DNA of 58,727 nt from Candidatus Woesearchaeota archaeon (GCA_964443535.1 CAYUCQ010000001.1:1-58727), one strand, 5' to 3'; numbered from the stretch's first letter, positions 26,255-36,070 are shown. The notes: generated from the letters alone by a model not told the origin. Made by a program: numbers and translations.

Positions 26255-28582
26255 ATGGAAAACTCAGCTCAAGAAACAGAAAAGAAAATACTCCCCTTCT
26301 GGGAAAAAGAAGAAATATACAAATTCAAGAATTCAAGTAAAAAAATATACTCAATTGACACTCCTCCTCCAACAGTTTCAGGAAAAATGCACATAGGCCA
26401 TGCATTTTCTTATTCGCAGCAGGATTTTATAGCCAGATTCAAAAGAATGTCTGGCTTTGAAGTATTTTACCCCTTTGGCACAGATGATAATGGTCTGCCA
26501 ACAGAAAGATTAATTGAAAAATTAAAAAATACAAAGAGCAAGTCAATGCCAAGGCATGAGTTCATAAAACTCTGCTTGAAAACATTGAAAGAAATCACTC
26601 CTGAATTTGTACAAGACTGGAAAAATATAGGCATATCGTGCGACTACGACCTTTATTATTCAACTATAGACAAAAACTCGCAGAAAATCTCCCAAAAATC
26701 ATTCATAGACTTGCATAAAAAAGGACTAATTTACAAAGAAAAATTCCCAACAATATACTGCCCAGAATGCCAAACTCCTGTTGCGCAGGCAGAATTAGAA
26801 GATAAACAAAAAACAACTTCTTTCACAACTTTAAAATTCAAAGTTGAGAATCAAGATTTGCCAATAGCAACAACACGGCCAGAACTCTTGGCAGCCTGTG
26901 TTGCAGTTTTCGTCAATCCAGGCGATAAGAGATATAAAAATTTCATAGGAAAAAAAGCAAAAGTCCCCATATTTAATCACGAAGTGCCAATTATAGCAGA
27001 TTCTTTAGCAGATATTGAAAAAGGAACAGGAGTTTTAATGATATGCTCATATGGGGATAAATATGACGTAGATGCAATAAAGCGCCATAAATTACAGCAG
27101 AGAATAATAATAAACAAGGAAGGTAAATTAGAAATTCCAAAATATCAAAAATTGCCGATAAAAGAAGCAAGAAAAAGAATTCTTGAAGACTTAAAATCAG
27201 CAAATCTAATAAAAGAACAGAAAATAATAGAGCACAGTGTTAATGTTCATGATAAATGCCAGACAGAAATAGAATTCCTTCCAATTGAGACATGGTTCAT
27301 AAAAATTCTTGATAAAAAAGAAGAGCTGATAAAGCAAGGAAGAAAAATAAACTGGCATCCAGAATATATGCGCAAGAGATATGAAAACTGGATTAATGGA
27401 TTAGAATGGGATTGGAGCATTTCAAGAGACAGGCATTTTGGAATTCCAATTCCTGCATGGGAATGCAGAAATTGCAATCTAGTTATCTTTCCAAGTGAAT
27501 CAGAGCTCCCAATAGATCCTTCTGAAAAAGAAAAAGCCTGCCCAAAATGCAAGTCAAAAGCAATTCCAGAAGCAAAAGTTCTTGATACATGGGCTACTTC
27601 ATCTCTAACTCCGCAAATAGCTTCTTCTATTGCAAAAAACAAGATAAAAATCCCTTATTCTTTAAGGCCTCAAGCTCACGATATAATAAGAACATGGGCA
27701 TTTTACACAATTGTAAAGTCATATCTGCATGAAAATAAAACTCCTTGGGAAAACATAATAATTTCTGGATTCGCAAAATTAGAAGGCGAGAAAATGTCAA
27801 AAAGCAAGGGCAATGTTATAGAACCTCAAGCTGTAATGCAGAAATTTGGAGCAGATGCTCTAAGATATTGGGCATCTTCATCAAAATTAGGAGAAGATTT
27901 AGACTATCACGAAAAAGATGTCCTTGCAGGAAAGAAATTCATAACAAAAATACTAAATGTAACAAAATTTGTCTTTCTAGGCTTGAAAGAAAAAATAAAG
28001 CAGCCAAAACTAATTGAAACAGATAGATTATTCCTCTTCCAGCTTAATAATTTAGTAAAGTCAGCAACAAATGCATTCAATGATTATAATTACTCAAAAG
28101 CAAAACTAGAAACAAATAATTTCTTCTGGCATGCATTTGCAGACAATTATCTTGAAATTATAAAAACTCGCGTCTATCAAGGCAATGAACAGGAAAAATC
28201 TTCAGCACTGTACACTTTATACAATTCGCTATTAATCATTCTAAAACTATTTTCTCCAATAACTCCATTTATCACAGAGCATTTGTATCAAGAATATTTC
28301 AAAAAGCACGAAAAAGACAGCTCCATTCATTTGTCTCAATGGCCAGAGGAAATAAAAATAAACGAAGGAAAAAAAGACGAAGAAACATGGAACAAGCTCA
28401 TGGAAATAATCTCAAAAATCAGGCAAGCCAAATCCAATGCAAAGAAGCCAATGAATGCACAAATAATATTAACGCTTCCAGAAGACGACATAAAGATATT
28501 TCTAAACTTGATGCATGACTTGATTGCAGTCTCAAACGCCCAGCAAGTCAAAAAGGGCGATTTTAATGTTGAAATTGTATAA
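26255..28582 (+). CDS. valS: valyl-tRNA synthetase (class Ia)
   Basis: PPPTVSGKMHIGHAFSYSQQDFIARFKRM (HIGH), TDDNGLPTE, editing domain, Zn motif CPECQT...C..C, and KMSKSKGN. Confidence 0.8.
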   Translation: MENSAQETEKKILPFWEKEEIYKFKNSSKKIYSIDTPPPTVSGKMHIGHAFSYSQQDFIARFKRMSGFEVFYPFGTDDNGLPTERLIEKLKNTKSKSMPRHEFIKLCLKTLKEITPEFVQDWKNIGISCDYDLYYSTIDKNSQKISQKSFIDLHKKGLIYKEKFPTIYCPECQTPVAQAELEDKQKTTSFTTLKFKVENQDLPIATTRPELLAACVAVFVNPGDKRYKNFIGKKAKVPIFNHEVPIIADSLADIEKGTGVLMICSYGDKYDVDAIKRHKLQQRIIINKEGKLEIPKYQKLPIKEARKRILEDLKSANLIKEQKIIEHSVNVHDKCQTEIEFLPIETWFIKILDKKEELIKQGRKINWHPEYMRKRYENWINGLEWDWSISRDRHFGIPIPAWECRNCNLVIFPSESELPIDPSEKEKACPKCKSKAIPEAKVLDTWATSSLTPQIASSIAKNKIKIPYSLRPQAHDIIRTWAFYTIVKSYLHENKTPWENIIISGFAKLEGEKMSKSKGNVIEPQAVMQKFGADALRYWASSSKLGEDLDYHEKDVLAGKKFITKILNVTKFVFLGLKEKIKQPKLIETDRLFLFQLNNLVKSATNAFNDYNYSKAKLETNNFFWHAFADNYLEIIKTRVYQGNEQEKSSALYTLYNSLLIILKLFSPITPFITEHLYQEYFKKHEKDSSIHLSQWPEEIKINEGKKDEETWNKLMEIISKIRQAKSNAKKPMNAQIILTLPEDDIKIFLNLMHDLIAVSNAQQVKKGDFNVEIV

Positions 28583-28584
28583 AC

Positions 28585-29018
28585 ATGGTATTAAGACAAT
28601 TAGACTTATTTGAAGGCCCTCAATCTCCTGAAAGAATTAAGCCCTTAAGATTAGAAGACTTAAATGTGACGGACATAGGAAAATATTTTTTAGGAAATAA
28701 CATGAAAAGACAAAAAAATGGAAATTATAAAGGAAAATGCATATTTCATGTTGAAAAAATCCCTCATTCCATTTAGAAAGAGACAAAAATAGATATCATT
28801 GTTATGGATGTGGAAAAATTGGAGGGCCTTTTTCTCTCTTATTTACACTAACAAATAACTCATTAGATTATTTAAAAAGAGAATTTGATTTTGATATTAG
28901 TTCAGCTAGTGATATATCAAATCTAGTAGATATTATTTCAAAAGAAAAAAGTAGATTTGGAAATACATCTAAAATTCTTAATGATTTTCTTCTAAGCTCT
29001 TCAGCTGCAAAACCCTAA
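28585..29018 (+). pseudogene. small CHC2 (DnaG-type) zinc-finger protein, interrupted by a frameshift in an A6 run at ~28756-28761
   Basis: ORF 28585..28776 ends KGKCIFHVEKIPHSI*. The +1 frame continues NPSFHLERDKNRYHCYGCGKIGGPFSLLF...AAKP* (stop 29016-29018). Together they form C-x-F-H-x-E-K-x-P-S-F...H-C-x-G-C-G. Confidence 0.6.
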
Positions 29019-29048
29019 ATTTATTAACCCATTTCTCTTTCAAAAATT

Positions 29049-30164
29049 ATGGCGATTAAAACAGCAGAAATCACACCCAAGCAGAAGCAAGAGCTTCAGG
29101 AACTGATAGACTTGCTTGGAAGCATAAAAGGAAGGCATACTGAACTAGTAACTGTCTATGTTCCTGCAAACTTCAACCTGCCTACAATCACAAGACAATT
29201 AGAATATGAAAAATCAACTGCTGCAAACATAAAATCAAAAGCAACAAGAAATGCAGTTGAGGACTCATTAGAAAGAATTATAAGAGAATTAAAGAATTTA
29301 AAGCAAACTCCTCAAAGCGGACTAGCAATTTTCTGCGGCAATGTCTCCAAGAAAGAAGGCGTCCAAGACATTCAGCTCTGGGTTTATCAGCCTCCAAAGC
29401 CATTGAACATCAGGCTTTATCATTGCGACCAAACATTTATCATAGCGCCGCTAAAAGAATTGCTGGAAGCAAGCGACATATATGGACTTTTAGTAATAGA
29501 CAGACAGGCAGCAGCAATAGGAATATTAGAAGGCAAGCAAATTAAAGTTATCAATAAATTCACTTCAGGCGTTCCTGGAAAAGTAAGAGCAGGAGGACAA
29601 AGCTCAGCCCGTTATGGCCGAGTTACCGAGGGCCTTGCAAAAGAATTCTTCAGAAGAATTGCAGAAGAAATGAAAAAAGTATTCTTTGATATGCCAAAAT
29701 TAAAAGGCATTCTAGTTGGCGGACCAGTGCCAACAAAAGAAGAATTCTTGGAAGAAGGAGATCTAGCCACTAAACTAAAGGAAAAAGTAATTGCAGTAAA
29801 AGACATAGGCTATGTTGATGAACACGGCTTGGAATTGCTAGTAGAAGAATCTCAAAGAGACATATCAGAGCAAGAGCTGATAAAAGAGAAAAACATTTTG
29901 CAAAAATTCTTTGAAACATTAGGAAAAAACAGGTCAAAAGCAGCTTATGGTATGGAAAAAGTCCGCCTAGCTTTTGGAAGAGGCGCAGTAGAGCTGCTTT
30001 TAATTTCAGTAAAGCTGCCAAAAAGCGACAGAGACGAACTGGAAAACGCAGCCTTGAGCACGGGCGCAGAAGTCGTAATAATCTCCATGGATAATCAAGA
30101 TGGAGAGCAATTCTTCAATCTAACAAAGGGCGTCGGCGTAATTCTAAGATTTCCAATTGAATAG
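29049..30164 (+). CDS. prf1: peptide chain release factor aRF1
   Basis: NIKS motif (TAANIKSKATR) and GGQ motif (RAGGQSSARY). Confidence 0.9.
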   Translation: MAIKTAEITPKQKQELQELIDLLGSIKGRHTELVTVYVPANFNLPTITRQLEYEKSTAANIKSKATRNAVEDSLERIIRELKNLKQTPQSGLAIFCGNVSKKEGVQDIQLWVYQPPKPLNIRLYHCDQTFIIAPLKELLEASDIYGLLVIDRQAAAIGILEGKQIKVINKFTSGVPGKVRAGGQSSARYGRVTEGLAKEFFRRIAEEMKKVFFDMPKLKGILVGGPVPTKEEFLEEGDLATKLKEKVIAVKDIGYVDEHGLELLVEESQRDISEQELIKEKNILQKFFETLGKNRSKAAYGMEKVRLAFGRGAVELLLISVKLPKSDRDELENAALSTGAEVVIISMDNQDGEQFFNLTKGVGVILRFPIE

Positions 30165-30200
30165 CAAAAATCTTAAATACCCTAAATTCTTATATAATAT

Positions 30201-30350
30201 ATGAAAAAGAAGGCAAAGTTATCAATAACGCAAAAAGCTGAAGAATATGCGTTAGATGAAATAAAAAGAAAGATAAAGGAAAATCCTGCATTGTCCGGCG
30301 GCCTAAACCCTGAAAAAGGCGGAAAAGACGCAGGCGACATTGAAGAATAA
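30201..30350 (+). CDS. possible 49-aa small protein
   Basis: ATG-initiated ORF MKKKAKLSITQKAEEYALDEIKRKIKENPALSGGLNPEKGGKDAGDIEE* in the aRF1-MCM gap. No homology recognised. Confidence 0.25.
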   Translation: MKKKAKLSITQKAEEYALDEIKRKIKENPALSGGLNPEKGGKDAGDIEE

Positions 30351-30399
30351 TTCTCAATCATAACAAACAATTTAAATCCTGTTTTCTCCTGTAAATTTC

Positions 30400-32274
30400 A
30401 TGGAAAAAAGAAAAGAGTATGACGAACTTCTATTACAAGCAAAGAATTTCTTTGGCTTAAAAAGTATAAAAGAGGATATAACTGAATCAGCAAGAAAAGG
30501 AGAGCGAGTCATCCAGCTTCCCTTCCCAAAGCTGTCCGAGATGTACCCAAATCTTGCAGATAACCTTACAGATAAGCCAGAAGAAACACTAGCACTCTTA
30601 GAAATTGCTCTTGAAGAATCTGAATTTGTAAAAAACCCAAGAATAAGGCTGCTTGACATTCCAAAAACATTAAGCATAAAAATTCGCGATATCAGGGCAA
30701 AGCATCTTGATCAATTGCTTAGCGTGGAAGGAATAGTAAAGCAGGCATCAGAAGTCAGGCCGCAAGTCGTCAATGCAAGATTTGAATGTCCAAGCTGCGG
30801 CGCAATTCTTTCAGTATTGCAGGTTGATAGAAAATTTAGGGAGCCCTCAAGATGCTCATGCAACTGGAAAGGCAATTTTAAAACTCTTTCAAAAGAAATG
30901 GTTGACGTGCAAAGAGTTGTCATAGAAGAATCTCCTGACACACTAGAAGGCGGAGAGCAGCCAAGAAGAATAAACTCATTCTTAAAAGAAGATTTAGTAG
31001 ATCCTAAAATGGAAGAATGGATAACTCCTGGAAGCAGAGTAAGGCTATATGGAGTATTAAAAGAAGTTCCAATGCCTCTTCCAACAGGAATTTCAACTCG
31101 TTTTGATATAGCTATAGAAGTAAACAATACAATTGCTCTTGAAGAATCATTTGAAAATCTAAAAATAGTTGAAGAGGACATAAAAGACATTCTGGAATTA
31201 TCAGCAAACCCAAATATATTCAAGCGCCTTGCACAAAGCATTGCTCCCAGCGTTTACGGCTTTGCCCAGATAAAAGAAGCAATCTTGCTGCAGTTATTTG
31301 GCGGAGTAAAAAAACTAAAATCAGACGGAGGCTCTACAAGAGGAGATATACACATTCTCCTAGTCGGCGATCCTGGCGTGGCAAAATCAGTAATGCTAAA
31401 AGTTGTAGCAAGCATTGCTCCAAAGGGGCGCTATGTTTCAGGAAAAGCAGCAACAGCAGCAGGACTGACAGCGGCCGTAGTAAAAGATGAATTTCTAAAA
31501 GGCTGGTCTTTAGAAGCAGGAGCAATGGTCTTGGCAAATAAAGGCCTTGTTGCAATAGATGAAATAGAAAAGATGAACGAGCACGACAGAAGCACAATGC
31601 ACGAAGCAATGGAGCAGCAGACTGTAACAATTTCAAAAGCAAATATACAAGCAAGCTTAAGAGCAGAAACAACTGTTCTCGCTGCAGGAAATCCCAAGCT
31701 CGGGAGATTTGATCCTTACACTCCAATCCCTCAGCAAATAGACATATCTCCTGCACTATTAAGCAGATTTGATGTAATATTCATAATAAGAGACCTGCCA
31801 AATAAATCAACAGATGAAGCAATAGCAGCTCATGTCTTGGAAGAGCATAAGCAAAATGTCATAAGGGATGTTCTTGAACCAAAACTTCTGCGCAAATACA
31901 TTGCTTATGCAAAGCAGAAAATAAAGCCAAAACTAACAGATGAAGCAATTGAAGAAATAAAAGATTTCTATGTAAAATTAAGAAATAGGTCTATAAAAAC
32001 AGAATCAGATATAAAGCCAATTCCAATAACAGCTCGTCAATTAGAAGGAATTGTAAGAATGGCAGAAGCTCATGCCAAGCTTCATCTTAGAGAAAAAGTT
32101 ACTGCAAAAGACGCAAAAGTAGCAATTGACCTGCTGAAAATGTCCCTCTCTCAAGTAGGCTATGATGAAGAAACTCAAGATTTTGATATTGACAGAATAA
32201 CAACAGGAATAACTTCCTCTAAACGCGGAAAAATACTTATAGTTAAGGAAGCTTGGAAAGCTGATACCGCTTGA
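30400..32274 (+). CDS. mcm: MCM replicative helicase (main frame; C-terminal winged helix lies in another frame)
   Basis: Zn motif CPSCG...C.C, Walker A LLVGDPGVAKS, Walker B VAIDEIEKM, and arginine finger SRFDVIF. Confidence 0.9.
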   Translation: MEKRKEYDELLLQAKNFFGLKSIKEDITESARKGERVIQLPFPKLSEMYPNLADNLTDKPEETLALLEIALEESEFVKNPRIRLLDIPKTLSIKIRDIRAKHLDQLLSVEGIVKQASEVRPQVVNARFECPSCGAILSVLQVDRKFREPSRCSCNWKGNFKTLSKEMVDVQRVVIEESPDTLEGGEQPRRINSFLKEDLVDPKMEEWITPGSRVRLYGVLKEVPMPLPTGISTRFDIAIEVNNTIALEESFENLKIVEEDIKDILELSANPNIFKRLAQSIAPSVYGFAQIKEAILLQLFGGVKKLKSDGGSTRGDIHILLVGDPGVAKSVMLKVVASIAPKGRYVSGKAATAAGLTAAVVKDEFLKGWSLEAGAMVLANKGLVAIDEIEKMNEHDRSTMHEAMEQQTVTISKANIQASLRAETTVLAAGNPKLGRFDPYTPIPQQIDISPALLSRFDVIFIIRDLPNKSTDEAIAAHVLEEHKQNVIRDVLEPKLLRKYIAYAKQKIKPKLTDEAIEEIKDFYVKLRNRSIKTESDIKPIPITARQLEGIVRMAEAHAKLHLREKVTAKDAKVAIDLLKMSLSQVGYDEETQDFDIDRITTGITSSKRGKILIVKEAWKADTA

Positions 32275-32395
32275 AGAATTAGAGAAAATGCTCGCAAATA
32301 AAATATCTAAAGAAGAATTAGAAGAATCAATAGATCAATTGTCAAAAGCAGGAGATGTATTCAAGCCAAAAAAAGGATATATACAAAAAATATGA
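32243..32395 (+). other. out-of-frame (+1) continuation encoding the MCM C-terminal winged-helix segment
   Basis: The +1 frame is open from 32243: LRKLGKLIPLEELEKMLANKISKEELEESIDQLSKAGDVFKPKKGYIQKI*. Its TGA overlaps the ATG of the next gene (ATGA at 32392-32395). Confidence 0.6.
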
Positions 32396-33021
32396 ACGAT
32401 TCAATATCAACAGAGCAATTCAAGCGCCATGTAGCGCACAAGCTTAGAATAGGAAAGATATTATCAGGCAAGCCTATCTTGGAAAATGAGAAGCTAAGAT
32501 TCCTTGAAATAGACAATAAAACAATACTAAGAGTAAATCTAATAGCAAATGTAATAGACAAATTTGTCCAAGAAGGAGAAAAGAAATTTGCTTCAGTCAC
32601 ACTAGATGATGCAACAGGCCAGATAAAAATAAAATCATTTGGAGAAGAAACAGCTAAATTCACTCCATTAAATCAAGGAGATACGATTTTAGTAATAGGT
32701 CTTCTCCGCTATTGGAACAATGAAGTTTACATAACTCCTGAAATAATAAAAAAGAAAGATCCTTCATTTCTTTTAATAAGAAAGCTTGAAGTTGAGGCAG
32801 AAGAGCCAAAATCCCTAGACAAAGGAAAGCTGATAGAATTAAAAGATAAAATTGTTTTCATGATAAAAGACTCTGAAAAAAACAATGGCATTGAAACAGA
32901 AAAGATTATCCTTGACCTCAAGGAAAACTCGTCAATCATCAATCAAGAAATTAAAAAACTACTAGAAGACGGCCTTATTTATGAGCCTCGCCCAGGCAAG
33001 TTAAGATATTTAGGACAATAA
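32392..33021 (+). CDS. OB-fold plus C-terminal winged-helix protein (RPA32/Stn1-like ssDNA-binding candidate)
   Basis: The OB-like core VNLIANVIDKFVQEGEKKFASVTLDDATGQIKIKSFG and the C-terminal IINQEIKKLLEDGLIYEPRPGKLRYL wHTH. Coupled to mcm. Confidence 0.5.
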   Translation: MNDSISTEQFKRHVAHKLRIGKILSGKPILENEKLRFLEIDNKTILRVNLIANVIDKFVQEGEKKFASVTLDDATGQIKIKSFGEETAKFTPLNQGDTILVIGLLRYWNNEVYITPEIIKKKDPSFLLIRKLEVEAEEPKSLDKGKLIELKDKIVFMIKDSEKNNGIETEKIILDLKENSSIINQEIKKLLEDGLIYEPRPGKLRYLGQ

Positions 33022-33023
33022 TC

Positions 33024-33623
33024 TCACTTCTTAATCCCAAACTTTTGCAAAAATCCTTTCTTTTCCTTGTTAATCCTTAAAGCTATCCATATAAGCAAAA
33101 CAAGTGAAGCAAGCAGCAATAGGAATCTCCATACATCGCTTAAATTCTGCCAATTTCTTATGCTTCCATAAACTATTGCTCCAACTCCAGAAGCCATTAA
33201 AGCGCTTCCAACAGGCTCAACACTTAGAATAGCAAAGCCTGTAATAAGAGTAATAACTCCTGCAATCAAGGAAATAATGAAAACTATCTTAGAATATTGC
33301 TTATTCGCATCATTAAACTCTTTGTTGCAATAATCACATTCCTTTATGGCAACTGTACATCCACTGTTGTCATATTCAAAAATAGGCTGCCCTCCGTCAG
33401 CATAACACTCATCCTGCGCATCCTGCAAATTCTTGGAAAATGTGCAATTCGTTCCTGTTCCATAATCATACGCTTTTACTGGATAAGGTCCAGTAAATCT
33501 TCCAGAAGAGCAAAAATCTTCATATTTAGGAGAAGGATAAAACGCCTCAATTCCATAGCCAAGCATCAGCAAATAGACAATAAATATACCAATTCCCAAT
33601 ATTAAGTTCTTAACGCTAAACAT
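33024..33623 (-). CDS. membrane protein with Cys-rich extracytoplasmic domain
   Basis: An N-terminal TM, a domain with 8 Cys, then three C-terminal TM helices. Confidence 0.5.
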   Translation of the reverse strand: MFSVKNLILGIGIFIVYLLMLGYGIEAFYPSPKYEDFCSSGRFTGPYPVKAYDYGTGTNCTFSKNLQDAQDECYADGGQPIFEYDNSGCTVAIKECDYCNKEFNDANKQYSKIVFIISLIAGVITLITGFAILSVEPVGSALMASGVGAIVYGSIRNWQNLSDVWRFLLLLASLVLLIWIALRINKEKKGFLQKFGIKK

Positions 33624-33736
33624 AAAAACCTAAAGTCAAATCTCTTTATAAATCCTTCTTTAACTTCAACAATTTTTGTAATTATCTCTATCTTGCAAGC
33701 CAACACCTTTTTAAAGCTTTTAATTTTAGTAGGAAA

Positions 33737-34147
33737 ATGGAAACATACGAAGAAATGCTTAAAAGAGCATACAGCAAGCTGAAAACAATTAGCCGCAGCT
33801 CTGAAAGATTCACAATCCCAAAAGTAGAAGGATTTGTTGCAGGAAAAAATACAATAGTCACAAACATAACAGCCATATCTTCATCTTTGAGAAGGCCTAT
33901 AGAAGACATAATTAAATTCCTTCAAAAAGAGCTTGCTGTATCAAGCAAAATAAAAGATGACAGATTAATGCTGAATTCCCGCATTAATTCAGCAAAAGTA
34001 AACGAGAAAATAGAATTATACGCAAAATATTTCGTAATATGCAGCGAATGCGGCAAGCCAGATACAGAAATAATCTCTGAAAAAGGCATAAAATTCAAGC
34101 ACTGCCTTGCATGCGGAGCAAAATCTCCTGCAAAATATGTAATATGA
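33737..34147 (+). CDS. eif2b: translation initiation factor aIF2 beta subunit
   Basis: YEEMLKRAYSKL..ERFTIPKVEGFVAGKNTIVTN and the C-terminal Zn ribbon CSECGKPDT...CLACGA. Confidence 0.9.
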   Translation: METYEEMLKRAYSKLKTISRSSERFTIPKVEGFVAGKNTIVTNITAISSSLRRPIEDIIKFLQKELAVSSKIKDDRLMLNSRINSAKVNEKIELYAKYFVICSECGKPDTEIISEKGIKFKHCLACGAKSPAKYVI

Positions 34148-34329
34148 AAAAGTCAAGAAGATACCAAATAAGAGAAGATGAAACTCCTAGATTTGCAAAT
34201 ATGTACGGATTTCATGATAGAAGATTTATAGGCCATAATCCTAAATTAATACAAGATGAGATAATCCCAAGAGAATACTGGGGATATGGAAGAATAAGAG
34301 CTTGCCTCAGGAGATTTAGGCCAAGATAA
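34144..34329 (+). CDS. small basic protein (61 aa) in the aIF2-beta operon
   Basis: The ATG overlaps the aIF2-beta stop (ATGA). MKKSRRYQIREDETPRFANMYGF...RACLRRFRPR. No family recognised. Confidence 0.35.
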   Translation: MKKSRRYQIREDETPRFANMYGFHDRRFIGHNPKLIQDEIIPREYWGYGRIRACLRRFRPR

Positions 34330-34331
34330 AA

Positions 34332-34628
34332 ATGTACATAAAAATCCACAAATCATATAGAACAGTTGTAGCATTATGCGACGCAGAATTAGTTGGAAAG
34401 AAATTTGAAGAAGGAGTAAGGCAATTAGATTTAAGGGAAAATTTCTACAAGGATAAAAAAGTTGCAAAGGCAGAAGCAATCAAGATATTAAGAATCCAAA
34501 CAGCTCAAGACGCAACATTCAACATAGCTGGCGAAAAATCAATTCAGGCAGCTATAGAAGCAGGGCTCATAACAAAAGATTCTGTTCATAAAGTGCAAGA
34601 CATTCCATTCACCCTTATTTTAATATAA
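34332..34628 (+). CDS. DUF424-family protein
   Basis: MYIKIHKSYRTVVALCDAELVGKKFEEG..QLDL...FY resembles the archaeal DUF424 pattern. Confidence 0.55.
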   Translation: MYIKIHKSYRTVVALCDAELVGKKFEEGVRQLDLRENFYKDKKVAKAEAIKILRIQTAQDATFNIAGEKSIQAAIEAGLITKDSVHKVQDIPFTLILI

Positions 34629-34634
34629 CACACA

Positions 34635-35117
34635 ATGATCTTCCAAAACATAAAGGAGCTAAGAAGGGCGAAAAGCGAGCTTGAAAAAAGCCTAAACATA
34701 GAAATAAAAATACAAGGAAGAAAAGTAGAAATAAAAGGCAGTGCATTGGAAGAATACGAAGCATCCATAATTCTTGATGCTATAAACTCTGGATTTTCAG
34801 CAAAAAAAGCTTTGCTATTAAAAGACGAATCAAAAATATTCAGAACTCTAAATATAAAAGATTTCACAAAAAAGAAGAATCTGGAAGAAGTAAGGGCAAG
34901 AATAATAGGCAAAGACGGCAAAACAAAAAAGACCATAGAAAACATAGCTGACTGCGATATCACAATAAGAGACAACACAATAAGCATTATAGCAGATTCA
35001 GAATCCATAGAAGAGCTGATAACAGCAATAACAAGCCTCATAAAGGGAACAAAGCAGTCAAACACTTACCGCTATTTAGAAAAAATGAATAGAAGAAATA
35101 AAGATATTAGTATTTAG
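34635..35117 (+). CDS. KH-domain RNA-binding protein (Dim2/Pno1-like)
   Basis: The KH GxxG context RIIGKDGKTKKTIENIADCDITI in a two-KH-sized protein. Confidence 0.65.
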   Translation: MIFQNIKELRRAKSELEKSLNIEIKIQGRKVEIKGSALEEYEASIILDAINSGFSAKKALLLKDESKIFRTLNIKDFTKKKNLEEVRARIIGKDGKTKKTIENIADCDITIRDNTISIIADSESIEELITAITSLIKGTKQSNTYRYLEKMNRRNKDISI

Positions 35118-35173
35118 TCCCACTAGCTTATCTTGAAAGCAAAAATATAAATAGCAAATAATTATTTAATATT

Positions 35174-35938
35174 GTGTATTTAATATTAAAAGAAAATGTG
35201 CTTAAAGACATTGTAAATCTTGCATTAAAAGAGGCAGGAGACATAAGAAATTTATCTAAAAAGATATCTATTCCTCGCTCAACATTATCTGATTATCATA
35301 TGGAAAAAAGGTCAATAACTGACATAAACCTAAAAAGACTTATAGAATTTACACAATATAATATAAAAAAAGAAGATGTATTGAAAGAACTACCAAATAA
35401 TTTTAGACAAAAGATAGGGGGCATAAAATGCGTGAAGAGAAAAAAAGAAAGAGGAGTTTTTGATGAGCAATTAAAATTATGCCAAAAAGGAAGTTCTGAA
35501 TATATGAAGAAGTGGCATAAAATAATGAAAAGAGAAAATCCTGAAGAGTATTATAAATCTCAATATGAAAAATTTAAATTAGTAAGTAATTATAAGCTAA
35601 AAACAAAAAAAGGAGAGAAAGTAAGAAATAAATTAGAAAAAGAAGTAGCAGATATCTTAAAAGAAATGAATATAGAATACAAATATGAGCCATTAGTCAA
35701 ATCAAAGAACAAATATTTTTTTCCAGACTTTCTTATAAAAAACAAAATAATAATAGAATGCACAATGTGGAGGGGCACAGATAAAGCAATTAAATTAAAA
35801 GAAAAAATAGAGTATCTAAAAGAAAATTATAAAGTATATATAATCATCCCAAAACATTTAAATAACTACTACCAAATCCTTGATAATCACCTAATCAAAG
35901 GATTAGATGAATTTGTCCCGGTAGCTCAGACCTTTTGA
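35174..35938 (+). CDS. HTH plus endonuclease-like (PD-(D/E)xK/DUF559-like) protein; 3' end overlaps tRNA-Asn by 24 nt
   Basis: N-terminal HTH (ISIPRSTLSDYHMEKRSI). C-terminal VADILKEMNIEYKYEP....YFFPDFLIKNKIIIECT resembles the Vsr/DUF559 nuclease core. Confidence 0.4.
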   Translation: MYLILKENVLKDIVNLALKEAGDIRNLSKKISIPRSTLSDYHMEKRSITDINLKRLIEFTQYNIKKEDVLKELPNNFRQKIGGIKCVKRKKERGVFDEQLKLCQKGSSEYMKKWHKIMKRENPEEYYKSQYEKFKLVSNYKLKTKKGEKVRNKLEKEVADILKEMNIEYKYEPLVKSKNKYFFPDFLIKNKIIIECTMWRGTDKAIKLKEKIEYLKENYKVYIIIPKHLNNYYQILDNHLIKGLDEFVPVAQTF

Positions 35939-36056
35939 GACCTTAAATGAGTTAAGAAGGGAGCAATCGGTAGAGCACATGGCTGTTACAAGCTATCCTA
36001 CTGCGGTAGGCCTCATAGAAACCATGGGGTCAGAGGTTCGAGTCCTCTCCGGGACG
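35915..36056 (+). tRNA. tRNA-Asn(GUU) with two introns: ~36 nt in the D-loop and 32 nt (35989..36020) at canonical 37/38
   Basis: Acceptor GTCCCGG/CCGGGAC, D stem GCTC(35924-27)/GAGC(35973-76) enclosing a 45-nt loop, anticodon stem CATGG/CCATG, loop CT-GTT-A plus intron. A 4-bp helix (35983-86/36015-18) is flanked by 3-nt bulges. T arm AGAGG-TTCGAGT-CCTCT, discriminator G. Confidence 0.75.
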
Positions 36057-36070
36057 TCATATTCAAAAGC

